DNA of 64,000 nucleotides from Botryllus schlosseri (taxonomy: Eukaryota), in NCBI GenBank assembly GCA_051294905.1, contig CM119372.1, positions 15,378,001 to 15,442,000 of the forward strand, written 5' to 3'. Shown here piece by piece: positions 12,272 to 26,100 of this stretch. Under the pieces are notes generated by a model. It made no database searches and was not told where the DNA came from. It worked only from the letters and a program-made list of their open reading frames with translations. The first letter of the stretch is position 1. Each line of letters starts with the position of its first letter. The translations under genes were made by a program, and so were the position numbers.

Positions 12272-13911
12272 TAGGGTTGTCCATAATTTGGAAAATCTTA
12301 CAAATCCTCGGTTGTAATGTCTTATTCGATAGATTATTGATAAAAAACGACACTGAGCCTGAAAGAAGCTCACAGAAAGGCCGTTAAGATTTCGTGCAAA
12401 GCGTTTGAAAGTAGCTGCCGAAGAATGGGCGTGTCACCGACCATAGAACGGCGAGAAGACTAGTAATCAAGAAACCACGGCTCTTGATTGGATAATCGGC
12501 TATGCTTCAATGACCACGTCAGCAGCAGCTTGCTGATTAGGTGAACAAGGAGTCTGCTACTGGCGGCGATTCTGAAAGCGCATTGTATGTAGGTTGACAG
12601 ATAATGATTTAGGATTAATTCAAGGTATCTTGAGGTACGAAATACATGATGTACAAACAACAGCTGCTTCACAAAAACGTCTAAAGCATGACTGCTTCAT
12701 TGTGAAGGAAACCGCTGTAGCCTATATGCCTTGTTTTCAACGAGGGAAAGCATAGGCGCTTATGCAAGTGGCGACGGATTCCTAGTTTCAGAAATAATAT
12801 ATCATTATTGAATGCAAAGATAAAGCTTAACAATGACACTATAAGTTAGGTGATCTTATTGGGCTCAGGTTGCAGTACATAGTTGAAGTTTTGAATGCTT
12901 TAGCGATCGGCTGAATCAGACGGTTAGGCTTAGCACTCATCAGATGTTTGCAGCAAATTGAATTCACTTGTAAATGTTTTCAAAGTCCCTAATGATGTCG
13001 CAGAAACGAGGTTTAAATGCAAGCACAGGCCCTGCTTAATATGATATGCAAACTATGCTGGATACTATGCACTATGCAGCATTGTCTGTGTTTACCTTTA
13101 CACCCCTTTTCTGCGCGATTATTAAGGAATTTGACATATCATATCCAGCATATTATGTGCTTACTTTTACGCCTCTTTTCTGCGTCATCTTCAAGGACTC
13201 TGACAACACTTGCAAGTGAATACAGTTTGATGCAAGCATCTGACAAGTACCAAGCATAACCCGCTGATTCAGCCGACCCTTAGAGCTTTCAAAACTTCAA
13301 CTATGTACTACAACCTGAGCCCAATGAGATCACACAAACTATAGTGTCATTGTTAAGCTTTATCTTTGTATTCAATAATGATATATTATTTCTGAAACTA
13401 GGAATCCGTCGCCACTTGCATAAGCGCCTATGCTTTCCCTCGTTGAAAACAAGGCATATAGGCTACGGCGGTTTCTTTCACAATAAAGCAGTCATGCTTT
13501 AGACGTTTTTGTGAAGCAGCTGTTGTTTGTTCATCATGTATTTCGTACCTCAACATACCCTTAATCAATCCTAAATCATTATCTGTCAACCTACATACAA
13601 TGCGCTTTCAGAATCGCCGCCAGTAGCAGACTCCTTGTTCACCAAATCGACAAGCTGCTGCTGACGTGGTCATTGAAGCATAGCCGATTATCCAATCAAG
13701 AGCCGTGGTTTCTTGATTACTAGTCTTCTCGCCGTTCTATGGTCGGTGGCACGCCCATTCTTCGGCAGCTAGTTTCAAACGCTTTGCACGAAATCTTAAC
13801 GGCCTTTCTGTGAGCTTCTTTCAGGCTCAGTGTCGTTTTTCATCAATAATCTATCGAATAAGACATTACAACCGAGGATTTGTAAGATTTTCCAAATTAT
13901 GGACAACCCTA
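12272..13911. mobile_element. 1.64-kb near-complete palindromic hAT-like element
   Basis: Starts TAGGGTTGTCCATAATTTGG. The arms are reverse-complementary for over 650 bp. 8-bp TSD CTGTGCAT (12264-71, 13912-19). The empty site lies in arm B at ~21147-21154. Confidence 0.93.
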
Positions 13912-16342
13912 CTGTGCATCCTTTTGTTACAGGCCAAGGACGGGAATATAAGAAGTCTTACGCATCGGTAAGATTAAATTCTTTTATGTATTTTGTGATT
14001 TCCGACTTGCAGAAACAATTTGCATTCGATTTCAAAACATCTGACAAATCATAACTTATTAGGTGTCGGTAATGATCTTGAACGATTTTGGACGAAATTA
14101 TATATAAATTCTCATAACTAGGCTAATATGAATTCCATTGTTGTGATGTATGGATGTAATATTGCTATAATTTTGCCTTTCAGAAGCACAGCTCAAGGGA
14201 CTGTTATCACACACGTATGTATATTGTTGTTTTCGTGAGCTATTCATTTTGAAAAACGGAATCCGTAGTAATCTCCGTCCCCGGAATTGGTTGACGCAAA
14301 TTTAACTATTTCGACTTCCCTTACCACAGGTCTGAACATTGACATACCTAGCAATGTTCTGAAGTGCTCGGAAAGAATGCAGCTTCATGACTTCCTGAAA
14401 ACTTGCGACAAATGCAAGATGGGCGCACTCAAAGGATGGAGCATGTTATGGGACTATAACGCCTGGTTTTATCCCAGTATACCTGGCAGTACATGTAAGA
14501 TGATATCGGCGCAGTGGCTTCGAAATTGCCCTGATATTTTTTAATTCTATTTGTTTTATTACGAAACGCTGCACACTTTTTTGACCAAATATTTGGAATT
14601 TGGAATCAACTAATCGCATGAACAACATATGTTTGAATACCATTACGAATTGTGTAAATTCCTCGGATTTTGACTGTCCTACGTAACGCTATGTCGTAAT
14701 CGAAAAATAATAGAATAGAATGTTCTGCAAACGAAATATCGTATTTTAGTGTAATAATTGTTCCCTTTGTAAAATCTATGTATAATCTCAGGCAAAATCG
14801 TTCCTGATATAGACATCAAATCTGCGATAAAGAAAACCAAGTTATCTATTGACGAATATGCTGTCGTTACCGCTGCCAAAGTTATGAAAGGGTTGCACGA
14901 AGCGACAGTAACATGACTGTAAGTTTTACGCTGAAATTTCAATACTGAGATAACAATCTTATACAGAAGTGATCAAGGCAGTCGCTGTTGCTACTCAAGT
15001 AGAAGCAAAAGTATTGCAATAAAATTATGCTTAATTATAAATAAGTAGAGGTAGCTATTCTCAGCACAGCAAAACTGCTTCAAGTGTCTAAGAAGAAAAT
15101 GAAAGATTTGACTAGAACTCAATTAAGTAGGATTTAAAGGTAGATTTGGTTGAGGCGTTGCATACATTAAGAAGTAGTGTGAGTAGGCGTGTGTCGAAAT
15201 TGAAAGTTGCATCTTAGCGCCTAATTTAATCTGAATGAATTAATTGGAGACACCCAAGGCATTTTGGCTCATTTCCTACCTCACTATCGTAATCGTGTGG
15301 GGTCTTTTGAAATGATAACGATATTTGTAAAACTTAAAAACGCTCAAATCAGTTCTATTCTACCGGCAAATCATTATCGGTAACGTTGCTTCAATATCGT
15401 TCTCTTGTTTTTAGAATCGAAATTCATCTTCTAAGTGCAGCGGACGACGTTACCAATTTCACCTTATTTCTTTGTATTGCTATTTTGCCAAGTAATAAAA
15501 TGTATTAAAAAACTTGTTCAGCCCTGACGTAGCCAGAGTAATGAGTGTTACCAGGTGTTTTTTTGCTTATAGGAATTTTTTGCTGCTTGGACATTGCTGG
15601 GCTGTAGTGTGCCAGCTGATATATTTTGACGGCATAGGAAGTTATATCTTTTCCGTGGCATTAACGTTTATCAGATTAGCCGGTACCATTGCTGTTGTAT
15701 CTAAGTACCTTTACCGCATGCAGAGACTTGATGATTATCGGGATATGGGACTTTTCTAACGATATGCAGAGATTTGACGATTGACCCATCTGTACGGAAT
15801 AATCTTCTTGATTGGTACACGGATGTCCACGTTTATTCACTATAATCCTTGAAAAGAGCGCTTAAACCGAAGAGGGGGGGCCTGGGCGACCGCCCACCAC
15901 AAAAGCCACCACTGCGGGGAAGTAAACATGAGATTCTCTACTACCATGCTGTTGTTTCTTAAACTCCCATGAATCTTTATATTTCATACATTTGCACTGA
16001 ATTCGGAGTTCACATCGCACTGATTGCAGTCGCCGACTGAAACATACAAGCCATTATTTATTAGGCTACTTAACATGCGTTACCTTTCTTCGGATTTTGA
16101 CCCGTACTATACCCAAAACGTCGGCGTGTAGGGTAGGGTTACCATACGTCCTCTTTTGAGAGGATTTGTCCTCTTTTTTGAAAGTGTCCTTGGAGGACGC
16201 TCAAATACCTCTTATGAGATTTTGTCCCCTTTGAGAATTTTGGCTCAGCAAAATATTAATGTCATTTCAAAACACCACAGAACTGCGATACTATGAAAAG
16301 ATAGGAAGGTGTCGAAACGACCTGGAGTAGTTTCTGAAATCA

Positions 16343-18524
16343 CAGAGGTGGTTAGTAGAAGAAGGTAGTTAAGGAAGCTACTCAAGTAGAAGTAGAAGTA
16401 GCGACGAAAAAATCTACTCAAGTACCAGTAGAAGTACTTCTTACGTAAGCAACCCAAAACTACTTGAAGTAGAAGTAGAATTGACTGCAAATATACTCCA
16501 GTAAGAGAGAGAGAGATTTATTTCGTCAACCGATGGCGGCAAAATGAAAGTATAAATATGCAACAGACAAACAGTGCTTCGGTATCGGTATTGACTGGTA
16601 CCGGCGATATGATCATAAAGATCTTCGAGTCAACCGGTACCGGAGTAAATGGTTATTCAAAGAAAATAACGTCACAAACTATAACAACTAAAGAAAATAA
16701 TGTCATAAACTGACAACTGAACAGGGTAACAAAATATGTCATACAAAATGCAATATTCATGAAGCAGCAATATTAAGAGAAGATATCACAGTTACACAGA
16801 CCCAATGTATCAATATGCACAAGGAGCAAATATATGGGTTGCAGATTGGTATATTCAGAGTGGATAGTGTTCAGGTGCGACTAGTATTTACTTAGGAGAT
16901 AATCCAACATCCCTGCCTTAAATGAACGATAATTTGAGTCTTTTAAATGTGCTGGAATCTCTTTGTTCCATACATCAATACCTGCTCGTTTGAATGGAGG
17001 GAAACCTCTGTCAGAGTGGGACATGAATAAGTTGGCGTTCGTGACAGACCGTGTGCTATGACTATGAACATCACTGCAATATTGAAAATAGTGTTGCAGA
17101 GAGACGGGGACTTGCAGCTGATTGATTTTATACATCACTTTGGCCAGTTCAAAGATATAGATATCACTAATTCTGAGGATACGCAATTTTTTGTAATATG
17201 GATTAAGTCGACTATAGAGGGGTATTCTGGCAATTGCTCTTAGAGCTTTGTTCTGGATCACCTGCAGCTGGTTCAGTAGGGTTTTGGTAGCAGATCCCCA
17301 AACTATAATACCATACTGTAGGTGGGAATGAATGATAGAAAAATAAAGAGTGCGTAGAAAAGGTTTTGGAACTATTTGGTTAACCTTCCATAGTATACCA
17401 ATATTTCGTGAAACTTTTGCGAACTTTTGCAGTAAGTAAGTAGTTGTGAAAACGATCGTAATTCGTTCGCATGGACTGTCAAAAGCTGCAAATGGAGCTA
17501 CGCGGAAGCTGTAGAGAGCTTGATTCATATTGATGCATCCCAGGAGGTGTAAATTTTTGACAGAAATAAGCAGTCGTCCACATCATGGGATGTAAATGAT
17601 AGTACTATTATGGAAATGCGATACTAATCCTTTGTTTACTCGAACATCCCGTTTTAGAGAATATCGTGGCATGGCGCCCTTCCCCATATAATAAGGTCCC
17701 TAGTTCAGTCGAAGAGCAATACGGAGAAGTTGTGTCGGATACGGCTTTAACACTTTGCGCGATTAGTATACGCAAATTGAAAATATGGTAGATCGTAAAA
17801 GTGCCATATAGCGTAGGCCTAGCTTTATTTTCGGAAAATATAAGCATTCTCCAGACAAAAGAACTGAAACTATCATTAGAACTCAGCGTATAATACTCGT
17901 AATTGAAAGAAAAATACAAACACTACTTCTAAAAAGCGGAAAATATATTTCATGTCTTTTGTCCAGATAGTTTCAACGGTGGTCTGCTAAAACAGGTCTA
18001 ACGTTAAAAAAGTCAAAGTCTACTTTTCCAGATTAGGACACGTCATGGGCTGCTAGTTATAATGGGTAATTGCTAGATTGCGAAACGGTAGTTTCAAACA
18101 TTATGGGGGCCATGCTAACTGTGATGAAATATTTTATATAGGCTACAACACGGTGTGAACGGAACCACGCAATCTAAATTATGTTCAGCGATACTTTCGT
18201 TAAAACATATATTTGTCACTCCATATCTAGTACCTACTGTGCGCGAAGCGCAACAAAAATTCCGGATATTTCAATAATTTTACGAAAAATAAACGTTGGT
18301 ACTACGTGAAAGCAGCCCCGAAATTCCTTGGGCCATCTTTCTTATGTGGGGATTAAACTACTTCTACTTGAAAAACTGAAAATAGCGAAAAGTAAGTAAG
18401 TAGTTCACAAAATATTACGAAGTAGAAATAGCGAAAAAAATCTACTTGAGTAAGTACCAGAAGTAGATTAAGACTACTTGAGTACTTCGAAAAAGTAGAA
18501 GTACTTCGTTACTGACCACCTCTG
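16343..18524. mobile_element. hAT-like element with AAGTAG subterminal repeats
   Basis: TIR CAGAGGTGGT(T/C)AGTA at both ends. It interrupts a dispersed repeat whose other copies lie at ~5820, ~36900, ~39170 and ~61845. The TSD is degenerate. Confidence 0.7.
16506..17429 (-). mobile_element. 5'-truncated LINE (L2/Crack-like) 3' end
   Basis: Post-RT ORF2 region KVSRNIGIL…LYFSIIHSHLQYGIIVWG…LQVIQNKALRAI. The tail is AATAAA+(TC)n. Flanking duplication CAGTAAG at 16499-505 and 17430-36. Confidence 0.88.
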
Positions 18525-20120
18525 GAAGTTAGACATCCACACCCTGGCCTAGGCGAATAGAGGAGAGGCATGCTCAGTGAATGAAAAGTAAAGCAGAGAC
18601 CAGTTGCGGTCTTTTACTCTGGCATCCACCTCGGCATAGTGCCCGAAGTCACAGTTTTTCGATGTTAATCCTTATTCGGTCTTTCCAAAAACTACTCGAG
18701 TACTTCGAAAAAGTACAAGTACTGCGTTACTGACCACATCTGTGTACAATACAACCTGAAGGTAAAACTCCTCTGTTTCTCTGATACATCAAATATTAAA
18801 TTGGTTTACAAATTTGGAATGTATTTTTCTGCGTGGTGTCGACAATATAAAGTTCATGGTTAATTTTGACTTGGCGTAGGTCACAATGCTGCAAGTGTCG
18901 TACGATATTGATTAAAAGTAGCCGACAAGAAGCCCCATTAAGATGATGATTGTTAGGCCTATATGTGAAAGCTGCCGGAAGGCAGGAAACGCCGACACTC
19001 AAAACTCATTAAGGAACAGCTAAGAATATTTTTTAAGCAATATTCTTTAATTTCGACAGTATAATTCAGCGACATCTTGCAGTATAATAGCGGGTAGCAA
19101 CCAACAGTCACATTTCTTTCAAAGAACCTGACCAATTAATATCAAGTTAGTGGTTTACCTTTAACATGACTTCACCTTATACAGAAACTTTGATAGAGTC
19201 GCATAACGCGTCGATGAAAAAGGCAGTATTAAATAAAGTTACAAATGTTTACTTTTGAGTTGCACATATTTGCTGTAATTACATTTGGATTAATTTTGAA
19301 GCATTTAAGATTCCCCGGTCCGCAACATTTGTTTTGGGGTTTTGCCGTTCCGCTAGTTAAAAAGGGTTGAGAACCACAGATGATGAATTGCGTTTTCCAA
19401 GGTGAGGCTTGGCTCCCCTTTTGCCCGTTATTTATGAATATAATATATACACCTTGCGGGATTCTGGTTGTAAAAATGTTCAAAATTAGCCATTCATGAG
19501 CATCAGTAGAAAAATACCAATAATACTGAGGATTGTCACCTAGGCCTACTTATCCTGACGACAGGTGAGGCACCGCTTCACATGCCTCCCAACCGCACGT
19601 TCACGAGTTAAACAATGATGACGTACAATGTATGACGTAATGACTACACTCATTCCCTGGCTTCTTCATGACTGAGCAATGAACAGTGAACACGTTTTGT
19701 ACACATTCTATTTATTTGGTAAAATCGCAATACAAAAAAGAAGATGAATAGGAAGCGTTGTCCGGTGCCCTTTGAAGATGAATTTCGATTCTAAGAAGAA
19801 CAGAACCATATTAAAGCAGAAGCACTGATAATGTTTTACGATATGCCGGTAGAATTATATATGCCGGGAATTATATATTTGAGTGTTTGTTGGATTTATA
19901 TTTTTATCATTTCACAAGACCCTCGCATGATTATGATATCGGGATATCGAGGACAGGAGTCAAAACACTTTGTGGTGACTTCAATTATTTGCCAAGATGC
20001 ATATTTCAATTTCGAAAGTAGACGGCTCCGATTTACACCTAAATGTATCCAACTGCTTTGATCACTTCTGACTGAGTAGATTGTTATGTCAGTATTGAAA
20101 ATTCAGCGTAAAACTTACAG

Positions 20121-23100
20121 TCATGTTACTGTCGCTTCGTGCAACCCTTTCATAACTTTGGCAGCGGTAACGACAGCATATTCGTCAATAGATAACTTGG
20201 TTTTCTTTATCGCAGATTTGATGTCTATATCAGGGACAACTTTGCCTGAGAACATACATGGAGCATTTTACAAAGGGCACAATTATTACAATAGCAAAAT
20301 ATGCTATTCCGCTGGCAGATGATTTAATTCCATTGTTTTTCGATTACGACATAGCAAAACGACATAACGCTACGAAGGACAGTCAAAATCCTTTGAGGAA
20401 TTTACATAATTCGTAACAGTATTCATGTATCTGTTGGTCATACGCGTAGTTAATTCCAAATTCGAAATATACTCACTACTCAGGCAGCGTTCCACAATAA
20501 TGCTAATAGAATTAAGGGCAATTTTGATGCCACTGCACCGATGTCATCTTACATGTACTGCCAGGTATACTGGGATAAAACCAGGCGTTATAGTCCCATA
20601 ACATGCTCCATCCTTTGAGAGCGCCCATCTTGCATTTGTCGCAAGTTTTCAGGAAGTCATAAAGCTTCGTTCTTTCCGAGCATTTCAGAACATTGCTAGG
20701 TATGTCAATGTTCAGACCTGCGGTAAGGGAAGTTGAAATAGTTCAATTTGCGTCAAACAATTTCAGAGACGGAGATTGCTACAGATTCGGCTTTTCAAAA
20801 TGAATAGCTCACGAAAACAACAATATACGTACGTGTGTGATAATAGTCCCTTGAGCTGTGCTTCTGAAAGGCAAAATTATAACAATATTATAGCCATACG
20901 TTACAATAATGGAATTCATATTAGTTACAAGGATTTCTTCCCACGGATTTATAAGGATTTAAATATAATCTCGTCCAAATCGTTCAAGATCATTACCGAC
21001 ACTTGATAAGTTACGACTTGTGGCAGATGTTTCAAAATGGAGTGCAAATTGTTTCTGCAAGTCGAGAATCAAAAAATACATAGAAAAATGTGATCTTACC
21101 GATGCGTAAGACTTCTTATATTTTCTTCCTTGGCCTGTAACAAAGAGATGCACAGTTACAGTAAGTATAGAGCAGAAGAATCACCAGACTATAAACAATT
21201 TTAGATCACGAAAACCATGCAAATCGGTCCGACGAGCAATATAGAACACAGAAGTACTCGAGGATGAGTTGTTTTCAATTAAATATGAGCAAGTAACAAC
21301 ACTTATTTTCAAACAACGTCCTCATAAACTCGGCTTATACTTACTATACAACATTTGCTTCGCGATGACAAGTTTAATCCCAGTCTTGATGGTAGCAATC
21401 AATCGTTCTTCAAATTCTCCATGTTCAAACACCTTCAAAGGTTCCACTGCTGTGCAAGAGACTTCGGTATTTGAAGGCGGTACTGCAACATTGAATCACA
21501 GGTTTAGAACAAAATTGCACTAAAAAGGCTAAGGTCAAATTTGCCATACCACAGATAGTGTTCATATAAATAGGCTATAAAGGTAATGCTCTTGAAATGA
21601 GTTTCTAAAAGCCAATTCGAGGACCAAGATCTAGTTCAGTGGTTCACTAAGCGGGTAATTTCACTCCTGGGATTAATCAAAGGGTTGAAAAAGGGACAAA
21701 AATGTCAAGTGCTTTTATTTTGAGATGGTTGTGAAAATGAATTTTTGGTCGATGGACAACTAGACTTCGATGCTACAGTGATAGGCTTTAATTCATTTTC
21801 ACCACGTCAAATTTGGCATTAAAGCAATAAATTTGAACTACCCGATAAAACCTACCTGGGCCCATATCTGCCGAATCATTCTCTCATAAAGATAATTGGA
21901 TGGCCTACTTTTCGCTACACAAAATTAAACGTTCAAATAGTTGTATTTCTGCATCAAAATATTGATGTAGAATTAGCATACAAACAAAACTACTTGGCAA
22001 TGTGTTGCAAGTAGATAAAAAACTGCTGTTGAGCAGTACTCCAGAAAACGTAGATCTACTTCGATACTGATAAGTAGGGCGATTTTTTTTGACATGTCAA
22101 AAAAGTCAAAATTAGGTCAAAATTGTAGCGTTAGGTCAAAATTGTTTACAAAGTCAAACATTTTTTGACCTCTGAATTTCATTTGTATCGTAGATTTTGC
22201 GCTGTCGGTGAACTTATCACTTGATATTTTACAGCTTGTAGCCTACTTTATAGGCCTACCGTTGTAAACGACCCATCGTCTGCTCATTGTGAATCATAAA
22301 CGATCAAATGAAACAAATAGTGACATGGTTTTATGGTCAACGTATCGCAATATCTTAACTGAAGCAAGACTGCTTGGACATTGCATGATTCTTATATCAA
22401 GAAGCGCAAGCTGAAAAATTGTGATATAGACAACATTGTCAGAATGAAGCAACACAGTGTGTCACCAGCAGTGTGCACACAACTTCAGTGTTGTCAGCCA
22501 ACAACCGCTGCTGTTTAACGTTCTTTCTCCATTCTTGGCAAGCTACTTAGTAAGGACAAACACTTTCTACCCGAGAATGTAGGAAAGTAAGCTATCGTTC
22601 GTTCGTTGTACTACAACAAATTTTAATTATTTCCACCATAATACGTAATGTACCTACTGGAATTCTTCATAGGGCCAGATTTCGTTAAAATACTAGTTTT
22701 TTCATGGGCTTCTTGGAGGTACAGAACTTCAATATACAATTGAATAGTATATTCATATTGAAATGAACCCGGATATTTTCGGCTGACACTCGTCAGGGGT
22801 AATCGTCAGCAACTAGTAAAGAATTGGAAAGAACATGGTATATCAACAATCGTATCACAAAATATGATGTCACCAGCATGAAAGAGAGAGCGTTCAATGT
22901 ACTATTTTTAGGTGGTACACGTACTCCTTTTGTTGACAGAGTTTTGGTTGGTGTATTTTGATAAAAGTCACTCCAAGTGACACAAATGACGTCATGTTTT
23001 GTGATACGATTGTTGATATACCATGTTCTTTCCAATTCTCTACTAGTTGCTGACGATTACTCCTGACGAGTGTCAGCCGAAAATTTTCTGGTTCATTTCA

Positions 23101-26100
23101 ATATGAATATACTATTCAATAGTTTTTTCATGTAAAAATTTGCTAGTTTTTGTGCCCAAAACGTTTTTTCAGGCCAATCTACTTTGTAAGGACAGACAGT
23201 TCCAACCAGAAATGAAGATAAGTAGTACAATTTTGACATTATGTGCGAAAACACCTAATTTGCATACGTAAGGTCAAAATTTGGTCAAATTTCAGTTTTT
23301 TTAGGTCAAAAAAAAGTCAAAATTTAGATTTTTTAGGTCAAAATCTTCCGTTTTTTAGGTAAAAAAAAATCGCCCTACTGATAAGCGCTGGCTTTTAAGA
23401 GTTCGATGAAGACATGTTGAGTTCACTATCAATGCTGTAAGAAGTTTCAAGTACGTTGACCAGTTGATGAATGAATATATTAGAAAAAAATACAAAGTGT
23501 GGTTGCGGTACACCTCGACGACCCGCAAGTGATTTTTATGCAATTCAAGTTTATTATTGGAGGAGCAGTAATACCGCCAATCTAGTCTTTGGCGTTACAG
23601 CGCAAACCACAACTTACGGAGATCCTTGCTCCATTCCCAAGCCCGACGGGTGGAGTCTGGGTCTTGCGGCCTGAAACACTCTTTCATATTCTGACCCTCG
23701 CGTTTCTTCTTCGATCTAGAGTCTGCACACGAACAAAAATCGTAAGTCGGGAAAACTCTTTAAAAATCAACGCAGCGTCGAGTGCTCTTTCTCATCCACA
23801 ACACGACCATAAACAAACAGTGTCCCCCATGAACATTTATAATCTGTTTACTGTTAGGGAGAGATTAGAACAGCTAGATAATGCTACTAGTTTAATTAGA
23901 TTGATTAGAGCGAAATGCTGGTAATGTAATTCTAATCCAATTTCTGGTTTTCCTGAAAATGCTTCATGAGAACTGTATCGTGCGAATCGAGGCAAGCTTG
24001 CTGTACAGACTTTTGCCATTCTATACTGATGGGAATGACTCTGATTTGACATGAGCTGAACTTAATTCGAATTCCAAGTTTTCGCGAATTCAGTAATTCT
24101 AATTCTAATCTAATTTGGAAAAAACTATGTAGCTATAATACTAATTCTAATCTAGTTTCGAAAAGTTGAAAATTTTGTAGCTCTCTAACTCTGGTCTGGG
24201 TAGCGTAGGAGCATTCATTATTCCTACTTCAACTTTAATCCTATGATATCCAATCCACAAGCCCATAAGTATATAAACATGCACGACTGCACATGCATAC
24301 ATTGAGTTTCATAGAGAACACAGTTGACGGTCATACGAAGCACCATAAATTTTAAGATGCTCACGGTGAGACATGATTGGCTATCGGTTTTCGTGGATTA
24401 AAAAATACGCTAGACCCATAACACGTCCCAAAATCTCACCATCCGTAAGGCCAAGCCACTCCACCGGCACTTTGCTTCGTCTTTTCTGTTGCCGCATCAG
24501 CTTCTTTTCCATCCTGCGCAAAGATTGCTGAATCTCGACGTGCTTGGATTCCGTTTCCTCGTCCACTTTCGATTCTTTTTTCTCTCGCTTCTCTCTCTCT
24601 TTCCGATGCCGCGTCGCGGCCTTTTCGATTCTCTCCTTCCTTTCGCGTCGTTCTTTCTCGGCCTCTCTCTTTTCTTCGAGCTCCTTCTTCATCTCTTTTT
24701 CTCGCTTCCTTCTTTCTTTCCTCTCTTTTCTCTCCCGTTTCTTTTGCTCTTTCGCCTTCTCCTTTTCTATCTCTTGTTCCACTCTCCTTTTCTTTTTATC
24801 TTCCCTGTCCTGGGCGCGGAGAAATTCTTCCACTTTCCGCCGCCCAGCCTTCTTTTCCTCACGGTTCATTTTCTTTAGACGTCTTTGCTTTTTCTTCTCC
24901 AATTTTTCCTGATATTTCAAAAACTCCCTTTCCTCTTTCGTCTCAAGCGATTCGGCTGTTTTGGTGTGTTTGATTTTCTTGAGAGCTTTCTTCAGCGCCT
25001 TTTTCAAGTCCTTTCCGGACATGGACTCGTATTTTCTCTCATTTTCCTTCACATATTTATGGCTCGCCGTATTTTCTAATGCGTCGCCTTTCAACGACAA
25101 ATCACTTTGAGACTTCTGCAAAATCGAAAATACAGTTAATCGAAGACTAAAGCAAATGATCTCAGCAATGAAGTACTTCAACTTTTTCGGAGTACCTAAG
25201 TAGGTTTCATTAGTATCACCAAATCCTCGGATCATATATTGATGTTGATATTATTCTGCCGTTCTCTCAAATACCCTCACTACTATTTCATGATACTCAC
25301 ATAAACCGTCTTGCAATTGGTTTCCATTCTTTCAAATACTGGACCATACCTTCCTCTCTAAATTGAAAAAGAATATTGTTTGACAGAGCGAGCAACAAAT
25401 GACAGCAACATCTCGCATACCATCTTAGATTTAGCATCGATAATATCCTGTATTGTTATTGGTTTAGCCGGTTCAGGCTCACTCCAAGATAACTGGTCGT
25501 CGGTGTCGGCGTCTGTAGTAGTATCCTGTAAGAGAAGAAACAGATAAAGTCATGAACATCCATACTGTTAACCTTACTCCCGCGGTCGGCCTCCAGGCCA
25601 AATTTTAATGCATCAACCAAAAAGTTCATAAAACGCGAACAACAGGACTTGAACCGACGCCCAATATATCGCCGTGATCAGGAAATAGCAGCCTAACCAA
25701 CTGAGCTACTCGAAAGGCTCAAGAGAGAGAGGTGACGATGATATTGAAACAAGTCTACACGATTTCTCAAAAGTGAAAGAGAAATTTGTTTTTCGTTTTC
25801 ACGTGACGTGATACATAATCCTTTCCATGGTGAATGACCACGTGGTTGTCTTACATATCAATTTCAGCATTCAAACAAGACATTACTGACCTTGATACCT
25901 TTACGCAGTCGAGCGCACCGCGACTGGGAGGTTTTCGTTATACGCATTACTCACGGCCGCCACTGATTACGTCATCGCGATAGAGGCAACGCGCCTTGTA
26001 ATTTGTGTTTATTTGGCTTTGCCTGGTCCAGTTATATAAGTCCAAATCCATGTTACTGATCTTATAGATACTATTCAACGTACATAACTAACAAAATGTT

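Larger units (their letters stand above)
1..14916 (+). pseudogene. Multi-exon gene of unknown family, copy A (5' part outside window; probably decaying)
   Basis: GT-AG exons include 1-29, 456-528, 1464-1571, 1772-1900, 2986-3100, 3806-3862, 4474-4638, 9145-9345, the K/E-rich exon ~10588-11252, 11932-12070, 14330-14494 and 14792-14916 (stop TGA 14914-16). They are collinear with the minus-strand copy B. Lesions relative to B or sister exons: acceptor TTG at 2025-27, acceptor CCG at 3625-27, and a 2-bp deletion at ~14044. Confidence 0.7.

Noticed and set aside
16881..17528. 215-aa host gene
   Set aside because: It is a LINE ORF2 C-terminal fragment whose apparent start lies in the flanking hAT element.
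25641..25716. Functional tRNA gene
   Set aside because: A and B boxes are present but I cannot fold a cloverleaf, and it lies inside a TE.
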